From Tubiluchus corallicola (Eukaryota; Animalia; Priapulida), in the NCBI GenBank assembly GCA_030141605.1, contig JAQGDQ010000324.1, positions 205,096 to 269,095 of the forward strand: a stretch of DNA of 64,000 nt. The letters run 5' to 3'. Position numbers and translations under genes: made by a program. The notes beneath the pieces were generated by a model that was not told the origin of the DNA, searched no databases, and saw nothing but the letters and a program-made list of their open reading frames with translations. This document shows positions 1 to 46,370 of the stretch, one piece after another. Positions within the stretch are counted from its first letter, which is position 1; every line of letters starts with the position of its first letter.

Positions 1-310
1 GAAGCAAAATGACTGCTTCCACGAACTACTATCAGAGTTTGAGAACACAAGTTTTTTACAATTGCAGTCAAGTTTCTACTCAGAAAAGTTGAGTACGGGG
101 TCATAAAATTACAGTTTTAGTATTTTTGGACATTTTCTTGATAATTTGATGCTAGAATATAAAAGTCCAATATATTTAGCATTAGTTTTTACAAAAAACA
201 AGAAATTGACATTTTACCAAATTTTGAGTGTATTCTACTTTGAAGTATCATATGGTAGTTTTAACTACGCCGACTTACGGATAGTTTTGTTTTGCAAGCA
301 CACAATTAAT
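1..310 (-). mobile_element. Interspersed repeat family A (partial copy)
   Basis: Reverse complement matches ~7850-8160 and ~15400-15700. Confidence 0.7.
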
Positions 311-627
311 GCTGCTACTGTAGTACTGCGTGTTGTGGAAATGGCACATTATGCTTATTAGCTCGTTAGCAATGCATGTATTCAGGGCTCTACTGAAGAT
401 GTTAAGTACATCTGAATGATATTATCTGTACTAAAATACTTGCAAAAAATCAGATCTTTCAAATGGAATGATTATTGAAACCAGTACAAAAGCTACCCAT
501 CTAGCAAACACTTAACGACTCGCACACTCTTTCTTTTTCTTCCTGTCACTCACTCACACTCTCTCACCCTTCACTGTTTTTCTTTGTCACACATATGCAC
601 ACACAGATTTACCCGTTCATGCATGCA

Positions 628-628
628 T

Positions 629-700
<72 letters not shown>
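628..700. repeat. (GCAC)n/(AC)n microsatellite
   Basis: Direct reading. Confidence 0.95.
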
Positions 701-701
<1 letters not shown>

Positions 702-1471
702 TCCTCACACACACCCTCTCACATTCTCTCTCTCTCTCCCTTCACCCAAGAAATCATGTTTTTAATACTACTTTTGTGACTAGTTTGATAAGCATATCTT
801 TAAGAATCCTAAGTAGTCTCCATATCAGTCTTTCTCAAGTGAAGTCGCTGATAAACCAACCTTCTCAGAATAAAACAAAAGTTAGCCAAACATTCCGCCA
901 CATCACAGCGTGGTGACTTTAACATAGTTTAATATTTGATACTTAAAGTGCAACATCAAATGCAGCACACAGCTTGATCGCTAACTGTTCAGTTTTTCAG
1001 AAACTGGAAAGTAAGAGTGACTTTTGTTAATTGAACACAGTAACCACGCATTCTTTGCTATATAACTGCGTGTGAGTCCAGTGACTATAGAGCTAAAAAG
1101 TTAGTGAAGATGAGTTTTGACAGCAAAACAGGTATCACAGAAGGTGAGAGACTTTCGAACTTACTACACCAAATATCCTCTCTTTTCTACAACGTGTATT
1201 AGTGAAATTTTACAAAACTAATTCTGAAGATTGCATGAAACTGTAGAACAAGGATCATAGATAAGTGATACAACACTGCAAGCTGAACTGCATATTGTGC
1301 AACTTACTGTAAATCCAATTGCCTTATTCCTAACCTACACTGAGCATTACTTACATGTGCATAATTTCTCGTATCAGCAAAATTAATATCAATAAAACAC
1401 ATTATAGTTTATAGTGTCATTTACAGCAATAAATCACTTTGCAAGCAACAGCTGTCGCCTGCTGTCTAATG

Positions 1472-33242
<31,771 letters not shown>

Positions 33243-35699
33243 GTTTATTTATCATTATCATGCGCCCGCAAAGCGGTTGTAACTGTATTTAAATGCGAGA
33301 ATTTCAAGATTAACTATGACCTAAAAAGGCAAAGACGTCAGTATCAACTATCAAGACATTTTTTGGGAGGGGATAGAAAGAAAAATAAGAAAAAAATAAC
33401 TGAAATAGCAATCATCGCTAAATATACGCCCACTGCCCAAAATTGGATAGCACGTTTGAATTTAAAAGTTGAGATTTTTCAGTTTATTATTATAACCAAA
33501 ACAGTGAACTAAAGGCCGTTGTTGGTCGATAGTGAAGTTAATACTGGGAAATTGCTGAAAAAATTTAGTGGGAGAATTAGCGATGTAATGTTTATTTTCC
33601 AGATATGATTATGCAGGAGTTGAAGATGCTCCATAAATATGTCACTTTGAGTCATGTTTACTAAGAACTAGTTGGCCCATGAGTAGATTGAGTACCCGTT
33701 ACAAGCCTTTAATTCCATTGTGATGTCTTCAACTTCATTCTTCAATATACTATAATTCCACAATTGAGCTAAGCTGAAGTGAAATATATGAGTGTATATT
33801 ACATGTAAGCAACTCCCCCATTATACCAAGAGCCTCATAATAGGTTCTGCCTTTTGGTTACTAATTATTAAAGTACAGATAACAGTTGCTGAAAATTGTA
33901 GCTAATCAATATAAACCGTCCCAATTATGTGAATTTTTACATTCAGTAGGTTGCCACCACGTTCGAATCGAATTCGAAAGAGTTTTTTAATGCGAACTCG
34001 ATTTGAACCTAAAATTATAGATTCGAATAATTCAGCACTTCAGTCGCATAATGTTCCTTATCATTAAAATGATTGAAACATCATGCAAATACCATTATTT
34101 AGCTGTAACTTTTGTACACAATTTTTAAGCAAATTATTGACGGTATTACTGCAGAACACAATTGAGTAATATGCACAACTTTGTAAAACTAATTTTTACT
34201 AGTGGTTTGAAAATTTGTTAAAAAATCTTTCAATCTCAATTAGAATTCGAAATATTGAAGTTCAGTTCAATTTGAATTCGGAAGTCCCAAATTCAATTCG
34301 ATTCGAATTTGCTTTCTGGTAGAGAATCACCAGTAATGGTGATACATATTGAAATGCACGGATAGTATACGTCATAATATAGGTGTATCCACCTCTTTAT
34401 AATGTAGCCGTGAAAGGGAAATAAGGAAGCACTTGACATTTTACATCTTAAGCAGTGCCTGAGGGCCACATTAATGACGTAGGCTATAGATCACTTTCAA
34501 TGCCTAAAACGGATTGTGTTTCTTGTGTTTTGATCATTTTAAATCTGAGAGTATAATTATGGCATTTGAGTGATGAGCATGTCAATCAACATCAAGAAAC
34601 ACTTGTACCCCAAACCCATGATAACCCCAAAGAAGCTCGGTGTTACAGTGATACTGGGTACACTTCATTGGCCAACGTTAGAGCAGATGAGATGAGTGAA
34701 TAGACTGAATATAGTTCTTGTGATCTACTTCAATCACGTTGGTACTACTGGTCAGAGCATCTAAACAGATTCACCATTTTCATCGGAGCAAAATTATACT
34801 CTTTCAAGCTGACAATTTTAAAGACCATTTCAAGTATTTTTGAAATCTCATACTGTTATTCAGTGGCACAATTTTTCATTATAAGGTTCTAAAAACAGTC
34901 AACATTAGGCAGCCATTAGAGATAATAGATCTATCATTAAGGGAGAAAACATGCAGACCATGTACGTATACAACCCCACATATTAATCTGCAACACTTTT
35001 TTCTATAAAGCTACAAAAATTATACACCTAAAAGTGTGTATTAATTTTTATTTTGACAAATAGACTGGTGGATGGACAGACGGGTGAATGGGGTGGTCAG
35101 AGGCATAAAAAATTATGGGCATGCAGGCAGTCAGACAAAAGGTTTGATGGCCGGATGGACAGATAGACAGATGAATAGGCTCCATGTGTCGTAACACAAA
35201 TTGTTTAGCACATCTGTAATAATTATTTAAACTCGTTCTTTGGACTACAATAAATTAGTCCTTAAATTGTGTTTTGTGATGGCACAACAAAATTAACGAA
35301 GTTATGTCAAAAAATCAATTGGTAATGACAAAAATCTAATTAACGCAGAAATGCCATGTACCATTAATGCATTCATGACATAGCTGTCCGCTCGCTGGGT
35401 TAAGTATTATCACAATTCCTGATTATATCAACATAATACAACCTGAAAAACTACTAAATGAATAAACATCATTAACATATTAAAATAACACAAAAAATCG
35501 CAGAGCATCCCAAAGAGGAACTAATAAATGCGCTAAAAGTGAAATTTAAACAAAGTTATTCATACTAGACACTTAAAATGAAAATAATGGCCATTTACAG
35601 TTTTTAGACAGTTACTCAATGTGACGTAGCAAGATGTATAGAAAAGCGCATAAAATGTAAATTCAAATGCTCTAGGTTTCAACCGTTGTGCTCAATGAA

Positions 35700-35844
35700 G
35701 CCCGGACGCTGCCTGCGGCACTCCGCAGGCAATCAAGCCTGTTTTAATGTTTTGTAGGTGCCGTGCGTTGGTATCAAGCGTTTTAGAAGTAATTCACAGC
35801 GTTCCCTTCTGAGTACAGCGTTTAATTTTGTTTCTTTTCTTTGG
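35700..35844 (+). other. Candidate non-coding first exon of PINCH
   Basis: Locally GC-richer stretch ending in strong donor GG|GTAAGT at 35845; CRE-like GTGACGTA about 80 nt upstream; start position approximate. Confidence 0.35.
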
Positions 35845-37207
35845 GTAAGTAAGTTAGTAATTAGATAATTACCTCCGTTTGCGCTGTCCGTTACTTAGTG
35901 CTGTGTAGTACTGCCTTGTTGCCTATTGGTATGTTGTAATGATTGCACAGAAGCCCTTCAGCAGCTTTGGGGCATTTACATTCTTGCTTTTAAACTTAAA
36001 GTTCTACTAGAGAATTTAGTGTTAACTTTTGACATTTTATGTAAGCCCTTTCAACGAGACTCACTTCAGTTATACTACTACTACTACTAGTTAGTTAATT
36101 AGCTGGTTGTCTTACTTTCTTTAGACTTTACTGTATAATGTTTGCAACTTTCAGCGATATGAAAAAAATTGAAATATTTTGTTTTGTAAGCTATTGAAAA
36201 GCAAAACGACGAAGTCAACTCCCTATTGACCATTAACGATCTAGTTGTCTCAGTAGAATTGAACATTGGAGAAAAATATACTGGTATGCTGATCAATCAT
36301 ATACAAATCAATTGTAAGCCCTGTCTTTGACTATGTTCACATGATCTGGAACCCTTTTAAGATGTGACACGATTCGCCAACTTGAAAGCAGTCAGTGACG
36401 AGCGACTGGAATGATTCCAGGGATTGCTGCAAGAGCCTATCTTTAAAGTAATATTGGAAAAGCATTTCTGATAGGTAAATAATAGATTAAAATCTAGAAT
36501 AATAGAGCCTAACTATTGATGACATCACAAACTAACATTATTTTAGATTCAGTGTGTTGTAGTAAAACTCGGCAAGTTTTAAGGTAACAATTTAAATTTC
36601 AAATTTATCTCTGCTCACACATCAGCTGTCGAGTGTGTGCAGTACGTCAGAAACTAACAATAGCAATATTTTCTAGATGGCAGTAAGTAAAGTTCAAAGT
36701 AAGTCGCACATAAACTAAGGCAAAAACTAAATCTGAACTAAGAAATTTTACTGAGTTTAACAAGGTCATTATGTTTCAACATAACTATTAACAACACATC
36801 CATTGCAATTAACACTGAAGTAATCCTAAGTTAAAAAACCTAGCTGGCATTAAATTACAAGAATAGGATTCAATTCAATTTAATTTCAATTCAATTTTAA
36901 TTTATTTATCTCTTTATAATACTACAATAAAAAATGATTAATAAAAGAATCGCTAATAAGTTTTGAAGAATGGTTAAAATGAATAGGATTCAGTCTGGTA
37001 TTGAAAATTATGCTTTTGAAAGTAAGGAAATTAAAGATTCGTGTTTGGAAACTGCAAAAATGTGAGATTCTGATTAGATTCGGTTTCGGACATTGTTGTC
37101 CCACGCCCTGATGTTTTATAAGGTCACCCAGATTGTAGCAAAGATAGTCTTTTTCACAAAAAAAACAAAACAAAACAAATTGTGTAGATACTTGCACCCA
37201 TTACTAA

Positions 37208-38445
37208 TGGCTCATTCAGACTAGCGAGTTTTTTGCGCAGTAAACTCAACAAGTGACTCGCAAGTGTGTTCAGACTTTAGAGCAAAACTTGCTGCAAGTT
37301 ACTGTCCAACTGCAAGCCTGAGATGACACTCACTTCTCTATTCGCTATGAGAATTGTCGAGCGTAACTCGCCCTAGGCGTTCACACTAGACAGTAAGTCG
37401 CAGCAACTGTCAGAGAGTTTGCAATAACTTGGGTGTCAGTAACTCGCAAAACAGTTCACACTTGCGAGTTTGCCGTTACAAAGAAAACTTGTGACAGAAA
37501 AGTCTCTAATCTGGATGCGCAGTCAGATTCCACATTGGTGGAAGCGCTGAAGTTCTATACACGACACTGCATGCTATATCCATACATTGTTTTCCCTCTG
37601 GAAATGGCTGGATTGTAAAGTGAAATTTTGAATTAGAAAATTCCCTAGTTCTTATGGCTTCAATTTTACTTTCCAGAACGCGGTCTCAAAGAGACTTTCA
37701 TTTCACTCTAGCACAGCTTAAATAGCCATAAATTCTTATTTTTGACAGTTTATGAAGTCGGTTTCTTGGAAAGAGTCGTAAAGGATACCTATTAAATTCA
37801 AAAGAAAAACTCTTTACAGATTACTCATAGACAAGAGCTGAACTCATTTTGCGGAAATTCTGCCTGTGTTTAAATAATTTCTGTGGTCGCACTGTGTCTA
37901 AGGACACATTCACACATGTTACCACTGCTGTATTATGTTAATTTGCATTTCCGTTCTCTATCCTGTTAGTGTCTAGATTCTAGTATTTATGCAGATCTAT
38001 CAAGTATTCGGTAAAAAATTGCTAAAAATTTTTGTTCGTAGAATGTGTGACAACATGTAGATTAATTTTTGTCTCATAGTAAATGTATTGCTACTCCTCT
38101 TGAGTTATTTTCAATTTCTGTAGGGATGTAGGCTGCTAACTTATGTTCAGACTTCTGTTACAAGTTTCCTCTCTGATGGCAAACTCGCAAGTGTGAACTG
38201 CCTTGCGAGTTACTATCAGTAAGTTATTGCAAACTCTCTGATAGTTGCTGCTAGTCGATTTCCTACAAGCTACTGTCTAGTGTAAATGCCTCCATGAGTT
38301 ACTCTCGACACTTGTCGCAGCAAATAGAGAAGTGAGTGCCAGCTCGTACTTACTGTCATAGAGTAACTTTCTAATCTGAACATGCTTGCGAGTTACTTGG
38401 CGAGTTACATGTCGAGTTAATTTGGCGAGTTACCCTGAATGTGCG
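37208..38445. mobile_element. Degenerate DNA element with ~300-bp inverted arms (PIF/Harbinger-like)
   Basis: 37210-37505 is an inverted copy of 38147-38445; a third arm copy lies at ~40200-40480. Confidence 0.65.
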
Positions 38446-39394
38446 ATTAGCTACTCTGCCTTGCAGCAATTGTTACATAAACATTATAGACCAGTAGATT
38501 AGAAATAAAATTTGCTATTTCCGGGATTTGCCGTATCTTGCCGTTACCACTTCTGTATTTTCACTACTGTACATCTTGTCGCCAGTAGCTGATGCATTTC
38601 ATAGGTGTATGTGTAGTGCTTGCTGGTTTTGTAAACAGAAACATCTTAAAGCTTAAAAAGTTTATTATTAGAAGATTTTTACATACTGTTGAGTCACAGG
38701 CGACTTATTTTTGTGAAATTTAGTTATTGGTAAGCTTCCGAAATAAAATATTAACAGTGTTTCACTGTACATAGTATATTAATCTACCCTTTATAACTTG
38801 CATTGATATGCATTAATTTGCATTGATAACTCAATAGCTTACGTATCGTTCATCGCAGTAGATCTCAACATTTGTATATCTCAGTCTGTTTCAGGTATGA
38901 ATTGTTTCCTGTTGTGCCTGTTTCCTTCCTGTTTAATCAACTAACCGAGTGTTTTGGTTTTAGGATCAGAGAAAATTTAAGCAATAGGCCTGATAAAATT
39001 TACTACAATTGATGTGCGTCAAATTTGTTTAAAACACTGTTGAAAAAAGGGCCTAGTTAGTGAATGTCATGTGGGCCTTTTTTAATTACAATATCTGTTT
39101 TATGGGACTGAAATTAAGCAGTATGACGTTATTTGAGTGTACTACTAGGATATGATCCGGGTGCCTTTATGTTCCCTATCCGTATCCATAATCCATAATA
39201 GCTGATGAGGGTTTGGCATATTTTTCTATTGATCCCTCTACTTTTCCCAGTGCACTGTAAAAAACTAAAAATTTGTGAAGACGCTACCAGTGGAGGACGT
39301 CATGTTATAGCTAAGCTTTGCTGCTCACAAGAAGGTCTATTAGGCTCAATATATTTTTCTGGGTGATTTTGCCAGTGTTTTTCCAAATGAGTCT

Positions 39395-39800
39395 TAATTT
39401 GAGTTAAACTGGTGGAGAGTAACTACATGAGAAGACAGGTTATTCCAGATGTTATCTACTCTGTTTGGGAGAATACATCTTTTCTTTTGTTCTGTCTTCC
39501 ATGCAGTCTTGTTTTGAGCAGTTTAAGTGAGTGTCCTCTTGTTCTTTATGTGTCCTGTATATTCATATGTTCCGTCCAAATGTAGTCTGCTATCCCATGC
39601 AGTGTTTTATATACCTGTATCATGTCGTGCCTGTTTCGCCTGTTCTTCAAGGTGACCAGTCCTAACTCCTTGAGCCGTTGCGGATAGTCTTTCCCCGCAT
39701 GCTTGGGACTAACTTAGTAGCTCTCCTTTGAGTTCTCTCCACAAGTCTCATATGATTTTGCCTTGTTTGGTGCATCGTTACATCTGCATAGTTAATGATC
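39395..39800 (-). mobile_element. CR1-clade LINE 3' fragment (degenerate ORF2 C-terminus)
   Basis: Frameshifted translation LVERTQRRATKLVP / YPQRLKELGLVTLKNRRNRHDMIQVYK / TRGHSLKL / NRVDNIWNNL. Confidence 0.85.
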
Positions 39801-39891
39801 GGTCTGACTATATCCATCGGCTGCTTGGCTCGTAAGTCCTTCAGACTGTTGGACACTGGCGCACCACTTTCTTGGCTTGTGGTCCCTTTTA

Positions 39892-40087
39892 CAGTCAATC
39901 TCAGATATAAGGGACACCTTCGGACCAGAAAAAATCGTCTCTTATATCCGATGTCTCTTATAGCCGAAGTTGAGCCAGACCGAGAGTGTATCTAGACCTG
40001 TACTTTTCTGTACATTTACCCATATTTTTATGGATTATTGCTACACATTCAGTGCAAACGGCATGTAGGAAGCTCCGAGGTTGACTG
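39892..40087. mobile_element. pogo/Tigger-like short MITE
   Basis: TA-CAGTCAATCTC ... GAGGTTGACTG-TA. Confidence 0.65.
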
Positions 40088-41167
40088 TATTTGTACTGCT
40101 GCTTTGTAGATGGTTTGGGTTAGAACTAATATGTTGTCATTATGTGATTTAAGAAGCTATTGATCATTGTTTAATCAACTACCAAACGGCATGGTCAGGC
40201 CAAAGAGTTTTCTGTCGTGAGTTTTCTCTCTGACAACAAACTCGCAAGTGTGAACTGCCTTACGAGTTACTGGCGGCAAGTCATTTCATGCTCTCTGATA
40301 GTTGCTGCGAGTTGACTTTTTGCGACGTACTGTCTAGTGTGAACGCCTCGGTGAGTTACTTGCAGCAAATAGGGAACTGAGTGTCAGCTCATGCTTACTA
40401 TCAGAGAGTAACTCGTAATAAGTTTTACTCTGTAGTCTGAACACGCCAGTTATTTGGTGAGAAAATTCGCTAGTTTTAAGATGCCGAAAAAGACCAGAGA
40501 ATAGAAAAGAGCACAAATGTTGACAACCACCAGGATTTCCGGAAGTGCTGTGCCTCTGCTATTCTTCATTATCTATTCTTTTTCTATTCTAGGTGGTTTT
40601 CGAGATCTATTTTATGTGATTTTTATAAAATTATGATCGTTTGTAAGCTCATTAATTAATTTTATTATTATAGTTTTATGATATAAATTATTTTTGCATG
40701 ATTATAATTTTTGGCAAATGAAAAAAAATCAAAGTTGAATTGCAGCATAGTTATTTACATATATTCTTAATTTTGAAATCTCCACCTAATGATTGGATGA
40801 ATAAAAGTATATCCTCAGTTATTAAACTCTTCAAATCAAATTTTGACCAGAAAGAAGGAAACGTGAAAAAACTGTAAGCAGTCTGGATTTGAACCGGAAA
40901 GCTTTTGATAACAAGTTCAGTATCGTTAGCATTAGATGCCAGACAGTCTCTTGTGATTGTAACCGATCTTAATTCATTCGTGATGGGATTAACAATAACA
41001 ACCAATTCAACATATTTTAATTTCCAGTTGTTAGTTTACTCACCCGTGTGTCAACCACTTAGATTAGTTCCTTGTGATGTAACGACAGAGTCACTTTACG
41101 GGTTCGAATCCCGATAGAGGCTTTGCACTCAAATTTTGTTTGCCGAATGATTGAGGCTCAGTAGGTA

Positions 41168-41798
41168 TTAAAGCACAAAAAACCCTCCACTTACTTACTG
41201 CCTTTTTGCATGAAGGGCTTGCGTCAGTAGTAACTTATATAAAATTTGTAATCTCCTGCTAGGATCGCTAGGCGCAGCCATTTTAATGGTAGGTCGTTTG
41301 AAACAAGTTTAGATAACATTGTGTGAAGTTTTAAAAAATAATCAGAGTATGCTTAGCACACATGTTACTAACTAAGTAAAATTTTAAATTACTGTTTCTT
41401 GTCAATAAGATTAAAATACGTTTTTGGTTAGTGAGTGATGCACCCTGGCGGGTGAGCCAGCGACATTTTACCAATTGGCATGAATATTTTAAACTATTAT
41501 TTCTAGTTTCATAAGTCTTTCCAGCAAGTAAGCGAAATGCTAAGTAATATAGATTTGCATGGAAATTTTTTTTTGGGACATAATTTAACAATGCCTTTTC
41601 TTCCCTGATTTACGCTTGCATTGGTGACGTCATGTAATGGCGACTTTGGAACAGTATTGCGATATATTTAAAATGAAATCAAACAAAAATTCCTTTTAAC
41701 TCGAGTACGATATATGCATAACAATACTGTGAAGTAATATAATTTTTAATGTAATTTTTCTGAAATCCACTTCAGGTACCCCTTTTCTTGCCGTTTAA
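41168..41798. mobile_element. TTAA-flanked MITE family B copy
   Basis: Collinear with 16761-17392; TTAA at both ends. Confidence 0.75.
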
Positions 41799-44700
41799 GC
41801 TTAAAATTTGAGATGGGCTTAAGTTTACAACATTGGGATTATGGTTTGACTTATAAGATTAATGTGTCAGCTAAACATCTTGCTAACGCTGGTTTATCTG
41901 CAGTTTACGTTAATCTCCTGCGCCGTATTAATTTCCATCATTAAAATAAAAAACACATTGACTAAGTTTACGATACAGTTTCTACCTCGTCTGCCTAGCC
42001 CCTCTGCGCACGTTTGCGACGCTGAGTTACATTCAGCATCTTGAGAGATATATAGCTGGGGGCTCTCGAGCAGCGTACGACTCACTGAAGCTGAAAAACA
42101 GGGCTAAATGCGTGCGTAAATTGAACACAGCTTTGCTGGAGCCTCGCCCAAACTTTGCGGTGATGGATAGTTAGTGACAGTATAGTACCGTGTCTGTTGC
42201 ATTGGAATGTGAATGTGTCATATATGTTTGATACATTTGCTGCGTGCTAGAATTACTACTATTTATTGAAAGTAGCAGAAATATCTGTAAAAATCGAGTA
42301 ACTATAGTGTTAGGTGCTGCTCAAGTTGAATTCTGTTATATTTTTGAGGTAACAAATTCACAGGTCTAGGCATTTGCCATTTTGCACTGATATCGTTAAA
42401 ATTGATAATAAAACTGTGTATATTTATTAATTGCAATTATTATCAATAGCTGGGCTATGATATTAACATGATGTCATGTGTGTTGCTTGATCCGCTTTAT
42501 TTTGTCATAGTGGTTGTATTTAAAAGTTTAGTAATTTTAAGTATATTCTTACATGTCTTTATTGTTGGTAAAGCGTGGTTCACACATGATTTGCAATTGT
42601 GAAAAAAGCTAGTTCACATTTCATGTTTTGTATCAGTTTTATGCATAGATTTATGCATTGCAAGTCAGTTGCAGTTACAAATCGTACGATCAAGCTTGGT
42701 TCACAGTTATTTGCTGCAATGACTAAGTACTGTTCACACGTGCTGTAAAATATCAAATTTGCTCTTATCTGGTTTTGCTTTTTCGCAGTTTGTTTGTCTG
42801 AGAAAATTTCTACGTTCTTGACGAAATGAGGGGAGAGAGCAGGTAGGGAGACAAAAATTATGAAAACATCTGTAATTAACCAACAATTAACAATTTTTCT
42901 AACACACAAGTAATTAGTATATATTAGCAGATGGCATAAGTTATCTAATCTTTTATTTAACATGGTGTTAGGTTATGGGTTGAGTTGGTGACATTCTTAA
43001 TTATGTTATGTTCGCTCTTACTATATAGTAACTAGCTAGTAACTTGATGTTTAATTGCTTAAATTTATGCTGTTTTAATATTTGTCTGACTTACTTTTAG
43101 TTGCCATTTTGCTGCTATTAATGTAATCTATAGTGTTTCAAAATTGTTAAAAGTTATTGTTACAATTTTAGTAGAAGTTTTACTTTAAATTTGTCTAAAA
43201 TGTATTGTCCATATATCATCACTTTTATATGTTTTTACTCGTAAATTTAAGTTGCATACAGCAGAGTAAAACTATGCTTTCCATTAACCAAGTAAAATTA
43301 TGCTTTCTGTTTTGCTCAAAAGGTGTCACCACGGTATGCATATGATTCTATTACATTTACATGTATTGTAGTACTAAACTGCTTATTGCACTAACAAAAG
43401 TTGCAACCATTTAAAGATAACAATAGCTGGTCGCTATTAGATAGTGTGTAACAATAAAACATCCCGTGTACATGGCGCTATTAGTTTTGCAAATGCCATC
43501 ATCTGATTATTTGTATGTGTGGCACCATCTGTTGAGAAGGATAGGAACATTGTACGCTAATAAATGAATTATTATAAACTGAATGTCGAGATTATTATTA
43601 ATGATATTACAAACTTACAACCTTTTTGATACCAAAGGTAAAAGACAGGAAATGTCGGGATGCAACCTGGAATTCAGGGATATTCCGATTACATTAGACC
43701 TCCAAGCCACTACATTCGCTGGTGGTTCGCACAGTTCAAAGTTCATTCTGCCTGGCCAACCAAACTACTAAGTAGTTTACTTTTAAATTGTACGTGGCAG
43801 TGATAATATTCCTTTGTTTTTGTTTTGAAGTTGGACAAACTTTCCAGAAATTATATTCTTTCAAGCAGCATAATATTTTCTTGCTAATTTTGTTTCTTGA
43901 GTAAATTTTTCCTGTTTTTCCTAGCTTCTCTGACACTAGGACGTGATGCCCCATCTGTGGTACAGCCTGTGCTTCTAGGTTGATTTACACGTTGAAATCA
44001 ACCACGTTGAAATCTGCCCCTGCATGTGTGTAGTACAAGTTCATGGCTTGTTATTGTTAGCCAAATGTTTTTATTACATTTCAGCTGAGGTTGATTGCTT
44101 TAGGATTTGCTGTATTACAGCTTCCGTCTGTTGTGTTCGTGTCTGCAAATGTTTGTGACTGTGGACGATAGATGGCGATGCGAAGTCGTTCGCAGTAAAC
44201 ATTTAGGGACTCTAGTTTAGTTTACCAGACATCCCGAATCCGAACGTACTGTGCCGGTATAATGCGACCATGCGTTGTTGCGTACCCACCTGCGTGTAAA
44301 CAATCTAATAGGAATAGCTGCAGAATAACCCTTGTCTGATAAACGGCTTCATTGAAAACATTATAAAGTGATTTTTACGTAATAAAGCCGTTCCGCATGT
44401 CTGGTAAACGCTTGTCTGCAAATGTTTGTGACTGTGGACGATAGATGGCGATGCGAGTCTAGTCTTGTAAACGTCTGTTTCGTTGAAATGTTATTTCTTT
44501 TGTGATAAATCTAAATTAATAGCATTTTTCTCTAGTCTTGATTGTCTAGGTTCTGTAATGTTGGATAAACCAAGTTGTGCAAAGGGGAAGGTTTTTCAGC
44601 ACATTAGGGACCTTTGTCTAAGGTGCCAGGTGATGCTAGTTCATTAGCTTTTCCACTGGGGCACTGCAGTCCTGGTGTCAAGCTTGGGAACTAATTTTAT

Positions 44701-45834
44701 TCCACTTTTAATATAAGGAAACTACATGTGGTACTTACTAATAAATATGAAATATGAAAATACAAATGTAAGTTTTTTTTGGGTGGGCGATTGTATAAAA
44801 AACAATTATCGCCTTAATAGATTTGTGCTTGTTTTTGAGGTTCCCGTGGTTTTTTCTACTTTAAAATTGAATGAATGCAGCAGATCTGTAAAAAGCGTAA
44901 CGTAAAAACTTTTACTGGCAGTTAGCTCCTGTACGGTGGCGTCATCTATACGTCAAAATTCAAAGCTTGATAAATAATCTTTCTAGCGTGGACTATTGCT
45001 GCAAGTCTGCATACTCTGCATACGTGTGCACAGCAATACTACAGGATTAAGTTGCCTATACTTGAATTTGTAGATCCGTGGATAAGAGTACATAGTACTT
45101 GAACTGTCTACAGCTGGTGCAGAATTTAGTCTTTTGTTTGTTTGTAGTGTAACTGTAGATAAGTGTGAGCTACAGCTCCGACTGTGAGTGTCAGGAAAGG
45201 ACGGAGTGATAATAGTGTCAGAGCCTTGATAGTGTTGTCGTACTTATCGTCAGCACAGAATTAGTGTTTACTGAGGGAAAGAAAACTTGTGTATTTTATG
45301 TAGCTACATTTATGGATTCGTTATAAGGCTACGGTAGCATTATTTTTTCTTCGGGCATTTTATAAATTCCGAGAGATTTGTTGTAGCTAGTGTTATTAAC
45401 CTGTTTCGACGATTTTTGTTTGTGTAAACTTAACGCGCTGATCTTCGGAACTTATATCTAGTTATATTATTCAGTTTGAACTACTGAATTACAGTGACAA
45501 CGCGTTGTTTTGCTATCTGGAACAGAAAGTTTTTGGCACGGAAAGTTTTGTTTTTAGTTTTGCTTGTCTTAGACAGTGTATTCGCGAGCTAAAGCGAGCA
45601 GTTTTTACTGCTTTAGATTACTGTTTTACGTGGTTGTCAACCTGCAAAATTCTAGGTCTTGTAAATAGTATTATTTGACATATTAGTCACCAAATTTTGA
45701 CTCCAGTTGGCTGGAATTGTCTCTTTGTTCCTAGGCTTATAGTGCCTACCATAAAATCAGGAAAGACGCAGAAGTGGTAAAATCATAAATTATTTGCGTA
45801 AATTGTTGTGACGACACCGAACTTTCCAGCACCA

Positions 45835-46067
45835 ATGGCTTCTTATAATTCCCGAGGTTTAAAGCCACGTTACAATGCTAATGGTCACTCCAAAAGCTTC
45901 CAGTTGGACGAGGTGACCTCTAGTGGCCTATATCTTAGACGTGCTCAGAAAAAAGGAAACCAGGAAGAGGATTTGGAGCATGACTATCAGGAGATTAATA
46001 CTTCTGCTGCTTTAGCTAAGGGCATGAAGAATTTGTCTGCTAACAGTGAAACTGATAAAACGAATCA
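45835..46067 (+). CDS. LIMS1: Upstream coding exon giving N-terminally extended PINCH isoform
   Basis: ATG at 45835, open frame to donor CA|GTAAGT; CA + C from the exon at 49121 reads H-I-T-M in frame with the LIM1 start. Confidence 0.75.
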
Positions 46068-46296
46068 GTAAGTCTAGGTCTACAATGAATTAGTTTTGTT
46101 TTATATTACCATAATAGTGATTATATGAATGTTAAGTTAGGAGTGTTGGATAAGTGTTAAGGTAGAATGTGTATTATTTCGTCACGTCTCTTTATGTTTA
46201 ATTATTTTCGTCTGTTTATTTGTGCCTTTCTTCTTTTGTGCCTTTCCTTCAGCTATTCTTTTCTAGTTATAGGTCTGCTTTCCTTCTGGGTTGCCT

Positions 46297-46299
<3 letters not shown>

Positions 46300-46368
<69 letters not shown>
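46300..46368. repeat. (CT)n microsatellite
   Basis: Direct reading. Confidence 0.95.
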
Positions 46369-46370
<2 letters not shown>

